From: Porphyridium purpureum
Taxonomy: Eukaryota
Length of the DNA stretch: 41,429 nucleotides
Direction of reading: 5' to 3'
Assembly: GCA_008690995.1 (NCBI GenBank)
Contig: VRMN01000034.1
Span: 1 to 41,429 of the forward strand
Shown here: positions 29,523-41,429 of the stretch, in pieces
Numbering within the stretch: position 1 is the stretch's first letter
How the letters are laid out: every line of letters begins with the position of its first letter
Translations under genes and position numbers: made by a program
The notes under the pieces: generated by a model
The model's input: the letters and a program-made list of their open reading frames with translations, nothing else
Database searches by the model: none
Told to the model about the DNA's origin: nothing

Positions 29523-32264
29523 CCATTTCCAAAGAGGATGGAATGGAAGATACGATGAGCATTGAAAAAAAAAGAAAAAACATTTTCGCCCGTCGGGCCT
29601 ACTCTAGACTGAGTGATTGCTTGTCGCCTCGTACATTAGATGTTCATCTGCAACTGCATCTGTTGGATAGCGCTGTCTAGGACTTGTGGTTCCAGTTCTA
29701 TTGCGATAAAAGGGGATCGAGAATGGAAAGATGACAAACCAAAATGACAGGATGTACACGCTAGTCGTTCTCTTTCTTCCTGCCCTGCAATTTTGACTGG
29801 AGGGTCACGCCCCGCAAGTTTACCTCTTGTGTTTATGGACAGCTAGAATTACTGACACTAGAGTCTCTATACATGGCTTTGCATTAGAGCTGGACAGACA
29901 GACGCTCCACCAGTTGTAAAGCAGTCGAGTTTGTGAACTTTGCATGCGACGAATCCGCCAGTATCCGCATGTTCTCCCAGGCAACAAGCCATTTAGTAAG
30001 GCTCCATGTCTTTTTCGCGCCGCTACTGGGACCCGCAAACTGATGCGCGGAACAGATAAAGTTAGATGCATAACACGTCGATGCCGAGAACTCTCCGTCC
30101 TGGGATTTCCTTTGGATTCGTTTTAGGAGAACTGGGTATACAGATGGTCACAGAATCAGGACTCTCGGAAGCGAGGATCGATGGCGGAAAGGTACAAGGT
30201 AGCTCGTGCTGATGATACGAGGTGGTCGCAACATGGCGGGCACTTAGTACAACGTGGGGGTGACTCCGGGAGCACTCTCTCGCGTTCCCCGATATCGACG
30301 CCAATACTGCGCATCATCGTGATGGGTCACGAGGCTGTGTCAGGTGGGTGCTCGTACGCTCTTGCTGCGCAGTGGTGCAGCCGATAGTTTTGAGGCTGCG
30401 ACATGGGAGCAGAGGAAACGCCCGCAAGGAAGAAGACACTGGTCGATACGCTGGAGACTTGGAGTATGTACACCGAGACGACGCGATTACTGTGATTTTA
30501 TGACCGTGCGGCGGGCGCTGAAATTGAGGCACAGGCGATCGCCGGAGGCCAGCAGAAACGGCAGCAAAGTGGTCGTGAGAACACAGGCCTGAAGAAGGCT
30601 CAAAGCGCAGCGTGCATGACGCGCGTGCAGTACCCAGTGGGTCTACTGGGAGCTTCGCTGGCCGATCATTGGTTTGAAGCACTGGCTCTGTCAGGGACGG
30701 CATCCAAGCGGATGAGTTCGTGACGCGAGGCGGCATGTTGCTCGGTAGGTTTGTAGACGTTCGTGCTCGCGACGAGCCACAGGTTGAAGCGGTCACAGTT
30801 GTGCAGCTGCGGCGTCCGAACAACAAGCTCGAGAATGAGCGTAGGTAGAAAGCAGCGCTCGAACTTTGTCTAAGGAACTGAAGCAGAGTCCGACGCCACT
30901 TCGCGGAATGCTTCCATGGCGACGCGCGCACGCAAAGGTAGTGTACGCTTTCAGCGCCGCCGCTCCCGAGCAAGATGTTTCCGGGGAACAGCACGACCCC
31001 ACGCCGGCGTCACTGTTGACGCCTGTGCCCAATCGCCGTGCCGTCTCCGGAAGTGCATGGCTCAGACTCTGCGCGGCGACAGGGGTCCTGATTAACCTAC
31101 ACGTGGCGCTCACCCGACGGCAGCGTCAAGCCAGCCTTCGATTTCCAGTCCCGCCGCCGGGTCTACGGTCCAGGCGTGAATGCTTGACAAGCTGTAACGT
31201 CATCTTTGGAATGATGTGGGTGGCTGACATGCCGAGTAGCGTGCGGCAGCCAGGATACAGGCAAGGAAGAGAAGGTGATGGTTGGCCGTCACAGATTACG
31301 CGCATGTTGTCTTCGGAGATCAAACCGGCAAGGAGACATGCTTTAAAATTGGCAACACAAAGACATAGCTTCATAAAACCGGCGGTCTATGAAAGTCCAG
31401 GTCAGGGCGGTTGATTCAGTTCTGACGGGCATTACGGCCGCACTCGAGCGTGATCACAAGGTCGCTTCATTCCTTTGCACCGTTCGTCAAGTTTGTGGTC
31501 CAGGGAAAGCAACGCGAGGAAGGCGTAGGTGAGGAGTCGTGTGGGAGTTTAATGTCGTCGGCTCGTGCGCTTCCGGAAATAGCTACAGAGACCGGGGAGC
31601 GAGATGCGACATAAAACAAGGACAGTAACCCAGATGTGGCGCATCCGGAGCGCACGGAAGCGTGCAAGATGAAACCTGTGCCGCGTGGGTGCAGCAATTT
31701 GCAGGTGTTCCCATTTGCATTTTTCTCGAAGCTGCGGAGGTTGATACGGAGTAATCCTTGGATGACTCTCTGGACGGCCGATCCACGGAATGTGGAAAGA
31801 TGGGCGGCACTGGGACCGTCCTGCGTGCTTATGAGCCTGAGGTCGATGAAGTGATTCTGACTGACGTTGAAAAAGGAGGGCGGCTCGGTGAGCTAGGAAG
31901 GCGAACCGCTGCTTTCTGTCGAAGTGACTCCCTATTCTTCCATGTGACCCGGCCAGGGCGCCAAGAGTGGCAGTTGAATCAGAGTCAGCCGGTACTATCG
32001 TCGCTCCTGACATACCGACTGCCGCCGCTACCTTGACTTCTGAATCGAGCCCCCTTCACGGGCTTCTGGTCGACTCCGCCTAAAGCCATGACTGGTGAAG
32101 AGAATGAGTTTGCCGACGTGGGAGGAAGCACACCGGCATCTGAAAAAGGACGGCACTACGGTAGCACTGGAGACGGCAAGAGCGTCACCTTTACAGACGC
32201 TATTGAGAAGCGCACATGTCGTTATGGGTACCTAGATGGGTGAAGAGAGTGCGGTTCTCGCGGC

Positions 32265-32922
32265 TTACATTGTGCGGCCGGCAGGTGAGGCGTACGACGA
32301 CGTGACTCCCGAGGCATCTTCTTGCGGGCAGATCGCGGTGAAAGAGACGGCACGTCGGGCATGATCTGAAGAACTGTAATCGGAGTTTCGTTCGAGGGCG
32401 CCTTGTTTAAGAGCTTGAGCTACAGGCTCCTGCGTGTTCGTATCCCCTAAGATATAATTCGCTGCCTTGTGTCCCAGCAGCGGGCTCATCAGTGACAGCT
32501 CTTCGTGTTGCGTAATTGCAACCCTCCTTGAAAGGTTCCAAGCGCACGTTTACAAGAAGTACACGCTCCTCTAGATTCAATTGCAACGCAAGCCCAAACC
32601 CATATTCGAAGCCTGCTTGCTCTGGAAGCTGCAGCTTGACGAACTGATCGGACGGCCCAACGAGAGCCTCTTCGGACTCCATTCGAATACATGTCACATT
32701 GTGCGCATGATGACTAACAACTGATGCGTCTCCTGCGCGATGCTTGTCCACATGGAATTGAGCCCCGCCATCCGGAACCTTTTGCATGTGTACGGAGTCT
32801 GCCGGATGCGCATGTATGAGTCCAGCAAGGTGTGCATTAGAGTCAGCAGCGTTCCATCCCGGTGGTGCTTGTGCAGACCGCTGGAACCCAGCCACGTTGT
32901 ACGATAGCATGCGCAGATTGAG
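32265..32922 (-). pseudogene. Degenerate endonuclease/exonuclease/phosphatase (EEP) family gene
   Basis: LRMLSYNVAG, DSVHMQK (family QE), LLVNVRL (family NxHL), then after a frameshift YILGDTN and SDH. Confidence 0.6.
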
Positions 32923-34429
32923 GAGCCCTCTGGTGTGCTCCGCTTGCGCTCTGAGAAGCTAGCGGATTGGCGGCGTTTGTTTGGCACCTTTCGAATCACT
33001 CGCGCGACACCCAGATCTCCTCTCGGCATCACGACCAGTGACAGACTCGCAGAACGATAATTGTGAAGTCATAAACACGGGCGCTGTGGCAGCGTGTCAA
33101 GCGCGACCCAGCAAGCCGTTTTTTGCGTTCGGGAGCTCCAGCTGCACGGATGCGTCGAGGGGAATTACCGCCAGTCCGCAACACAGATTTCAGGGTCGCT
33201 GTGACACCGAAAGCGGACGTATACCTAGCACCCGCGTGAGCATCCAGAGATATGCAGCCACAGCACCACGACAGCCCAAGCGCGCCAAGCACACGCTCCC
33301 CAATTCAAGGCACCAAAGCTGTGCGCTGCAGAGATCTGCGCAGTGTTAAACTACGCGAGCCCACGCATTAATTAACATCTGAGGTACATCGTTCTGCAAT
33401 TGAAGTGTACCAGTTTTAACGGATTCACTATACTTCTCTTTGAATTCAGACCGCCGCTGTTAAGATGTGTGGAGCATGGCGGTTAACGGTTAGTGGTTAA
33501 CTTTTAGTCGTTAAGCCGTTAAGCTGATCACTGATAAGGGACGTGACTTGAGAAGGGAAACTCTCGGCTGCGGTTGTTGGCCGGCGGTAGGAGCGTAGGA
33601 GAATGGGTCCGTTGGCTTATAAGTCGCGCGCGAAGCTCGGTGCTGAGCGCGAGCGCGGTGGGCTTCGGTAGGGAGTGCGAGTTGGAAAAGTTATACGTTT
33701 AGAACTTGATAAACTTGGTCGTTGGATTGGAGGTTGTCCATCAGCGGAGCGAGGTTTCCGAACAGCCGCACGTGGTCTATCAAAACTGCGCCGTTCAACA
33801 ATACCCATTCTCGCTCCTTCCACGCGCGCGCAATGGCGCCGCGCTGTACCTCGCTGCCCGAAAATCGTGAAAGGGCGCCGCCGTGATAAATTTCAAACCA
33901 AGTCCCCTCGAAACGCGCGTCGCCGCGAAGAATAGGCGATTTGCGCGTGTGCAGAAAGCGCACCGTTTTGACGTGCTTTGGAAGGGAGAAAAATAAAGGA
34001 GAGAATAGAATTTGTTTCATTTGCGTATCAGGAATGAGCAATTGACTAGTGAGACGCGCAGCTGTTTTTCCGGACAGCGCGCCGCCTGCCGGGCAAGAGG
34101 CTATGGATTTGTGAGGTGTTTCTCACGGTACGAACCTGTGATCGAGTATTTCTGCGCGGGCTAGAATGCATGCACACATCAACATATCGGGATAATCACG
34201 TCGGACATAAAAGCCGCACCGCGCCGCTCACAAATGCTTGCGCGTGCGAGGGACGAGGCGAACGGGAAGAGGCAGGGACCCTCGTGCGACTGGGCAGCTG
34301 AAGTCGGCTTCCGTCCGTGGATTGGGTCAACGATTGTGCATTGCTTGCGTCCGGTGCTCGCGGTGGGTTACGCGTGAGAGCGTGTTTGTATTGTTAATCC
34401 GGTGAGACAAGCAAGGAAACGGAAGAGAC

Positions 34430-37135
34430 ATGGCGATGGTTAAGAGAATGCCATTGCAGGATGGTATGAAAGTGGCTGGTGCAATCATCGATGAGTTTGG
34501 GGCTGCAATTCCATACGTGGCGATCGTATACGCGGTTACCAAGTCTATTACAGATTATGCGCTGGCGGCAAGCGCGAATCAGGAATCATGCAGATTGCTC
34601 GCCGATCGCGCCATGTCCATCCAAAACAGACTGGTTGCATATTTTGGCCCCGACAGTGAGAAGCTCAAGAATAAGACACACGATTTGATGGACAAAAGTC
34701 TGCTTAAGTGCCTCAGCGACCTAGAGTCTGCACTTCAGTCCGCCTGCTCGCTCGTGATGAAATTTTCAAGTGCGGAATGCGCGAAATTGCTGCTGCGCTC
34801 TGCGGGCTAAGAACTACCTCGGCGAGTTCCAGGCGTGCGGCGATCGGCTAACCGAACTTGAATTGCAAGTGTCGAACATCATCATTTTCAAAATGGCGCG
34901 CGACCAAGAACAGAATCATCAGGAGTCGATGCGCAACCAAGAGCAGAATCAGCAGGAATTGTTGCGCATCCAAGAGCAGAATCAGCAGTTGCTTCGCGCA
35001 CTTCAAGCGGACAGAGAGAGGGATAGATTGATGCTCGAGCGCGAACTACGGGCTCTTCCGGAGAGGCTCGCTGTTCTGCAAATGCACAGCATGTCAACAA
35101 ATACGCCAAATCCGTATGTTCGTGCAAGCAATTCTATGGGTGGTAATTCTGTGCAGCCGCAGCTCGTCGAGCCGTGGTTTATAGACGTTGCAGATGTCCA
35201 AAAGGAAGAGCGCACAAGCGGTAAGAAAGGAAAGTACGTCATGCTCGGCACCGGTGGCTTTGGGACGGTTTTCCGCGGCACATGCATGGGAGAGACAGTT
35301 GCCATCAAACAAGTCAATTCATCAGGCGAGAAAGCGATACAGGAGTTGAAGAACGAACTAGAAATGATGTGGCGAGTTTCACACGAGAACATCATTCAGA
35401 CGCATGGAGGGTTTTACCCATTGAATGGCGTGAAGGACCATGAAGACGAATTACCGCTCATTGTGCTTGAATACGCCCCGAAGGGTTCGCTTGAAAACTA
35501 CATATTTGCTGACGGGCAGAAAACATTGCTTCCGAAAGATGTCTTGTTGAGCATTTTTCGTGGGGTTTTGGATGGCTTGAAGTATCTTCATGCAAGCAAT
35601 GTCATACATCGAGATATTAAGCCCCAAAACATTCTTCTTATGGATGACTGGACTCCAAAGATTAGCGATTTTGGGGTGGCTACCGTGATGAGTTCGTGTT
35701 CATTTAAAACACAATGCGTGGTACCGGGGCTATATGGCACCGAGGTTATCTGTGGTGACCAGTACAACCGCCCTGCATGTGTGGTCATACGGCGTCATGT
35801 TGTTCAGAAATGGTGCTCAGCGAGACGATGTTTGAAACCGAATTCACGGATGTCCAAATTTTAAGGATTCTCGAAGATCCGAAGCGAGGTGCCGTGGGAC
35901 AGATTGAACAAGTCGGAGTACGCAAAACAATGGCCAGCCTGGGTTGAAAAAATAAGGGCGCGGTCTGGGTGCTCTCGAAAGGTCCCACCATGTCGGATAT
36001 CCGGTTTGAGTTTATGATCATATGGGTGTGGAGGGCGCCATTGCGGCTGCAAAATCGCGGACCGCTCAGAATGTGGCGTCCCCATCCGGCTTCAGCACAG
36101 CAAAGGTCGATGCGTTGTCAGGAGAATTTTCGCATGTGACGGTGGCATCCGGTGGTTCAGTAGCCCAATCATCAAGCACCGGAAGTCGCGCGGCGGGGCC
36201 AAGTGGAATGCGGCCTGTGCGAGGGCAAGCGCAAGCGCTGAGCGCTGATGAACATCTCCGCCACGCAGAAGATTGGGAGAAAGCAGGTAACATGGCGTAC
36301 GCGTATGAGTATTTCAAGCTAGCAGCGGAAGCAGGCGTCGTGGAAGGCCAGTTCCGGCTGGGCAAGATTTTGCTTGACGGCTCGCACGGCATGAGGCAGC
36401 ACTTGGAGCATGGTGCGGGTTGGGTGCGCGCAGCTGCGGAGAACGGACGCACGGACGCCATGATTGAGTATGGCCGCTGCCACCACTCTGGGCGCGGAGT
36501 GCCGCAGAACTGGAGCCTTGCGAAGGAATGGTATGCGAAAGCCGCGAAGCTCGGCAGCTCGGCGGGGTCCGAATGGATCAAAGCGCTCGAAGCCGAAGAG
36601 CAAACGGCGCTTCGAAGCAGGCAGCTTGAGGACGAGAAGACGAGAATGCAGCGTGAGCGCGAAGCCGAGGAGCATGCGGCCGCTGCGCGCCAGGCGGCCA
36701 CGGAGAAGCGAGATCGCCTCGAGCAGGAGCGCAAGATCTGGCCGAGCGAGAGCGCCGCGAAAGGAGGCGCGAAATTTGCCGCGCGACGCGCCGCCGCCGC
36801 CGCCGCCACTACCCTTCGCCGCCGCCGTCGCTGCCCAGCCTGTGGACGCCGCACAACCCGCCGCCGCCGAGCAAGTGCAGCGGTACGCAGGAGACTGGCA
36901 GCAACGTGGCCGGACCGAGGAGTTGGACAACAAGAATTTTGCGCAAGCGCTGGTGTGGTACCGCAAGGCGGCGCACGTGGGAGACGCCTACGCGCAGTTT
37001 AAGCTCGGCAATTTTTATCAGGAGGGTTTGGGCGGCCTGCCGCAGGACATGCGCGCGGCGGTCGAGTGGTACTGCAAGGCCGCGGAACAGGGAGACACAT
37101 TGGCGCAGAAAAAGTTGAAAAAACTAGGCTACTAG
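34430..37135 (+). pseudogene. 4-helix-bundle (MLKL-N/MCAfunc-like) + coiled coil + Ser/Thr kinase + SEL1-repeat gene, broken by several indels (pseudogene or assembly errors)
   Basis: Pieces in frames 34430-34810, 34770-35864, 36022-37002 and 36464-37135. Kinase motifs GTGGFGTV, VAIK, HRDIKPQN, DFG. SEL1 motifs GRGVPQNWSLAKEWYAKAA and AQFKLGNFYQEGLGGLPQDMRAAVEWYCKAAEQG. Confidence 0.8.
34899..34997 (+). repeat. Three tandem 33-bp coding repeats (RDQEQNHQESM/RNQEQNQQELL/RIQEQNQQLLR)
   Basis: ccaaga[ag]cagaatca recurs with a 33-bp period. Confidence 0.85.
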
Positions 37136-38099
37136 CGATTGCGTAAGGCGAAATGAATGTAAAAATGTGTATACTTGTTTGTTCGTGCGTGTTCCTTCCT
37201 GTGGAGACTCTGCGATATGCAACCGGTGAAAGCGCGGACAAGGCCGGACAACTTGACGGACATTGTGACGAATGCAGCTCGTCCGACCGAACGGCTGTAC
37301 CTTCCGACCGGTCGGTGCGACGCTGGTAGCCCAATGGGCAAGAAAGTGCGTGCTGAAAACGGCACGGTTTCGGAGAAGGGCACCGAGCCCGGAGAATAGC
37401 TTGTTGGCTTGCACAAGGGGGCGCGCAGCCCGGACACAGGTTTCAAAGCACGCTTGGGCGCAGAGGTTTTTCCCGGCACCGGGTTTCCTCGAGCGGAACG
37501 AACGTGTATGTATAAATACTACAGTTGCAACACAATTCATACGCGAGACGCAGCTCCGAGGTGCGGTGGGGGTTCGGCCGGAAGGCGATCGCACGCGAGA
37601 GGGAACATTAATTAAGGATTCGAGTCCGTTGCTTCTGTCGCACGCTCTGTTCTGAGCCTGTTTTCACATGCCGAGATGGCGAGGCGGAGGCGCCGACGCC
37701 GGATACTTTATTCTCAGAGACGCCATGCGGGAGTTAGACGGCTTGCCGAGCGGCAGGCCGCTCGCCGCAGACATTTGTGTTGATATTTTGGTATTGAGTG
37801 CGTGGGTCAAACCACAAGGAAAGCGGCGGCCACTTGGCAGCTGTGTGTTTTCGCAGCAAGAGCAGAATCATACGTTTTTTTCTTGAGCCTGGAGGCCACA
37901 GAAAGCGAGCGTGTGGAGCCAACTATCTAGTATGGTGCCGGCACTGGCTTCAACGCCAAGGAATTTCACTAATTAAGAGCCATCCATACTCGCTTCATTC
38001 GGTCGTCGGGGTTGTCCGGGACTATCAATTCGTGAGCCGACGTGACCAGGCCCCAACAAGGCGCGATCTCTCGGCCGGCGCAAGCATTCTCTAGGGTTA

Positions 38100-40871
38100 C
38101 TCTGAATCGAGGTTTACTGTGGAAGCTAAAGGGATCTATAAAGTGTTACCTGTAAACAGTGTAAACCGCTAGGCAGAGAAATTAGTCATCTGACTCAGTG
38201 TGTACAGATGACGTGGCCAGCGTGAGAGCACCTGCACTCAGCCATTGGCGGGCCGCCACCGATGGGCGGTGGCGTGTATGCCGAAGCACAATTGCGGAGC
38301 CTGCTGCCCGGTAGATGCCCAAAGATAGGGCACGACGCAGAGCCGCAGAAGCCAGGCGGTGTCCGACCTCGTGGGTGCGTTGGTAGGCCGCCGCGAGGTC
38401 CTTGAAGAAGGGCCCGGTACCTGCATGGACACGGCCGTACACGTCGAACACGAGAGGAACAAACGTGACGCCGGTCCCAGCTGCCGGTGGGTCGGGTGTG
38501 TGGGCAGCGTACTCGCTCAGCTTTACCCGCACTTCGCGCGCAATGGCGCTGCCGGCAAACCCAGCGCCCGTGCCGGGCACAACCACGGCGATATCAATGC
38601 CCATGCTCCGCAGCGCACATCATAGGGCCGGTGCAGCGTAGCGGACCCGTCGTGCCGCTGCTCGCGAGTGGGCCGCAGGTCGGCGTCCAGCGCAAAGTTG
38701 TACACCACGTCTGCGAGGAACTCATGCCGCCCGACGCGCGACGGTCCGAAAGCGCATGCGAGCGCATGGTGGCCGTCCGGGTCCAGTGGGGCCGAACACA
38801 CCGCGGAGCGAGCGAGCGGGGCATCGCTCCGCGCCGGATGTGTGGCCACGCACAGGAAGGCCGAGCAGGTGACGTACAGCTGCGAGCCATACATCGGGCT
38901 CGAGAGCCCGTCCGCTCATGACGGCGCCGGTGCGCACAGTGCTTGGCATGCTCAGCCACGCGAGCGCATATGGACTCGCAAGGCTGTGCCGGCGCTGAAA
39001 CTCCCACTCGGAGGCAGAGGTGGATAACCAATCTCGTTGAAGGTTGTGATAAAAGCGATTGGTTCCACGTGCCTGCGAGGTGAGGAGCGCCTCTGGCTCA
39101 TCGTCGTCTTGGAGTGCCCCGGCGGCCGACAGTGCCAGAGCGTCAGCGCAGTGCAGCGCCTCCCACCTGGCGTAGGACGGCGCAACCACGCCTTCGGGCG
39201 TGCGGTCGAGTGTTGTGGCAGCTGCGCGGGAGCCGGCCGCGAACGCAAACGGTGCAATGTCGGCCAAGGCCGCGATGCCAAGCCAGGACACTGGTAGCCG
39301 CCACTCGGCGCGCAAGCCGGCGCCGTCACACACTCGTGGGGCTGCACCCCGAGAGTCCAGCCCACGTGCACGCGCGCTGGTGATCGAACGTGCGGAAGAG
39401 CGCATCCATGACGCCTGGCGGCATCACACGCGCGAGGTACGCGAGCCGGCGCGGTCCCACACTCCCCCGGAGCAAGTGGAACGCCAGCTCCGGGTTGGGC
39501 AAACGGGCAACTCGCTCGGCCAGAGCTACGACATGCGCAGCCAGCGCGTGTAGCGGCACAAGGGACTCGCTGGTCCCGCTTGCATCCAGAGGAGCACCCA
39601 GGAGCTGGGCACTGCTCCACTCGACCACTGGGAGGTCCGTTAGGCCCGGAAAGGGTCCTGCCTCCGAGGCAGCAACACCAGCCGGGAGGACGAGCTGTGT
39701 TTTGGCGCGGTTGATGTGCAACCCCTTGGCGCTCCCGCACATCTCAAACGCGGCAAGAAAGCCTGCCAACTGTGCCGGGGTGCCGACCACCAGGCCATCG
39801 TCCAGGTACCAGAAATGCTGGACGTCTGGAGCGCCGATGTCCTGGAGCACTGTGTGCAGAACCAGCGAGAAGAGCAGAGGTCCCAAGGGGTCACCCTGCT
39901 GCACTCCGCACGCGCTGGCGATGATCTCGTCACCTACTCGCAGTGCGGGTGGGTCAGAGTACGTGGACCGGACCAATGGCCAGAGCTCCTCGAAGCGGGA
40001 CTGCACCACGTTCCGGACCCATACCCGGGATACCTGGTTAAAGGCGTTATGCAGATCAATCTTGAGGGCTGCCGTCGTCCCCGCTCCATCAAAGAGAGCC
40101 AGCCGAGCACCCAGCAAGACTGCGTCTGCTCCTGCGCGCCTGCCAACTCCATATTGATGCGGGAGGAGGCTGGCCGTGGCGGCGTCGCCCAAGCTCCGAA
40201 GGGCAAGCTTGCCGGCTATCCGGCGCATTATTTCGCCCACTGCGATGGGCCGGACGCCCACGCCGTCTTGCTTCTTCAGCGGGATGAGCCGCGCGTGGTT
40301 CCACAATGCCCCCGCGGGACCACAAAAGCCGAACCGCACCAGGCGCCGGAAGACCCTGTCCATGGCGTCCAACACCGTGTCCTTGGCCACCGGCACGTAC
40401 GGCGCTTGCTGGAGCAGAGCTGGCTGACCAGCGGGATGGAGCGCTGCCGCTCGTCAGGGCAGTGCGGTGATGGCTGCCGCCATACCGTATCCCACAGGTA
40501 TCAGCCGGGACGACGGACCCTCGGCGTACGGGCACCGCTGCCGGCGTCTACGGGCCTGCGCGCCGCGTCTGGCTGCTCCTCGGGGTTGGGGCACACCAGC
40601 TGGGCCCGAATGTCGGCTGTGGGGGCATGCACTCGGTGGACTCCATCAATGACAGCCGCCCCAGTATTGCCGAGCCTTCATGCCATTGCACGTCTTGCCA
40701 CACGAGCCTCGTCAAGGACTCCCGGCACGACCACCGGGGACCACCGGGAACAGTGCGGCGCAACTCATCAGAGCTGGTTGGACTGCCACAGTTTGAAGCG
40801 AGCCGCCGGGAAACGCGCGCGCTCCTTGGTCGTCTGGCGCATCGCGGAAGGCAAAGGACGGTGTTGGGTTA
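38100..40871 (-). mobile_element. 5'-truncated, frameshifted CRE-like non-LTR retrotransposon (RT + CCHC + restriction-like endonuclease)
   Basis: RT: RPIAVGE, QYGVG, KIDLHNAFN, GVQQGDPLGPLLF, WYLDD, LLGAPL. C-terminus: CSAPLDPDGHHALAC, RHEFLAD, RPYD, GIDIAVV, KLSEY, FVPLVFDVYG. Flanked by direct repeat CTCTAGGGTTA. Confidence 0.9.
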
Positions 40872-40889
40872 CTCTAGGGTTAGGGTTAG
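40866..40889 (+). repeat. Short telomere-like (TTAGGG-type) tract
   Basis: gggttactctagggttagggttag. Confidence 0.65.
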
Positions 40890-41429
40890 AGGCGTTTTTC
40901 AGGTAGGGTGGGCCCTGCGGTTCGGCCATACCATAGTACAGTTGCTTCGGGCTACAGTACAGTTGCGTTGGACTATAGTACATGGTTATACATGTGTAAA
41001 AACAAGTAGACCAGATCGTCCAAAGTCCAAAATTACGATGTGTATAGTAAAAAGATATCGTTGTCATATGAAAATACTTGGAGGTTGGTGTCCAAAGTTG
41101 GCTTTTTCATAGGTAAATGCCAGTGTGTTAGTATGAGAAATCGAGCATAGAAGAACGAACCCAAAATAATTGATGGTCATGCATTACATGGGCATCCCAT
41201 GTTGGTTGTGAAGAAGCATAGTAAAACAGTAGCATTTTGTTAGTATGCATGAGCATAGAAAATTGGCATTGAAATATGATGAAGTGCGGGCTCAAGTCGA
41301 CCTGAGGACGCCGTGCGCATTGAGCGATTGGCGGGTTGTGCGGCCGGCGAGGGAGCGAAGAGTGGCGCCGGCGTGGGGCGAGAGACGAGGGGCGCGAATG
41401 ATGGGGCGAGGTTGGGCGGGCGCGGGCGC

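Noticed and set aside
29800..32260. Many short ORFs, possibly decayed genes
   Set aside because: No family signature recognisable by eye; needs blastx.
1..41429. CRISPR arrays, tRNA or rRNA genes
   Set aside because: No repeat-spacer array or recognisable structural RNA gene seen; the sequence is eukaryotic.

Overview
Intron-poor, GC-rich eukaryotic DNA. A unicellular red alga such as Porphyridium is an inference only, from gene density, an MAAF-type transit-peptide start, a sulfotransferase and a GalEa-type copia element. The left ~19.5 kb is gene-dense and mostly intact. It holds an acidic protein with ~15 short SLSQKFE-type repeats plus 2 WD40 blades, a p24/GOLD protein, an F-box/DUF3506 protein, a MATE transporter, a membrane-anchored UDP-glycosyltransferase and three paralogous PPR-like genes sharing an unnamed ~170-aa module. 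At 21559-26998 is a young, complete copia LTR retrotransposon with 418-bp LTRs and an AGCAC TSD. It lacks a tRNA PBS (a hairpin sits there instead), and gag and pol are split by an in-frame UGA followed by an 8-nt spacer and a stem-loop, which resembles a readthrough signal. To its right every recognisable gene is disrupted: a sulfotransferase, an EEP nuclease/phosphatase, an MLKL-like 4HB-kinase-SEL1 gene, and a 5'-truncated CRE-like (RT+RLE) non-LTR element flanked by TTAGGG-like sequence. This suggests a subtelomeric-type compartment and telomere-repeat targeting.
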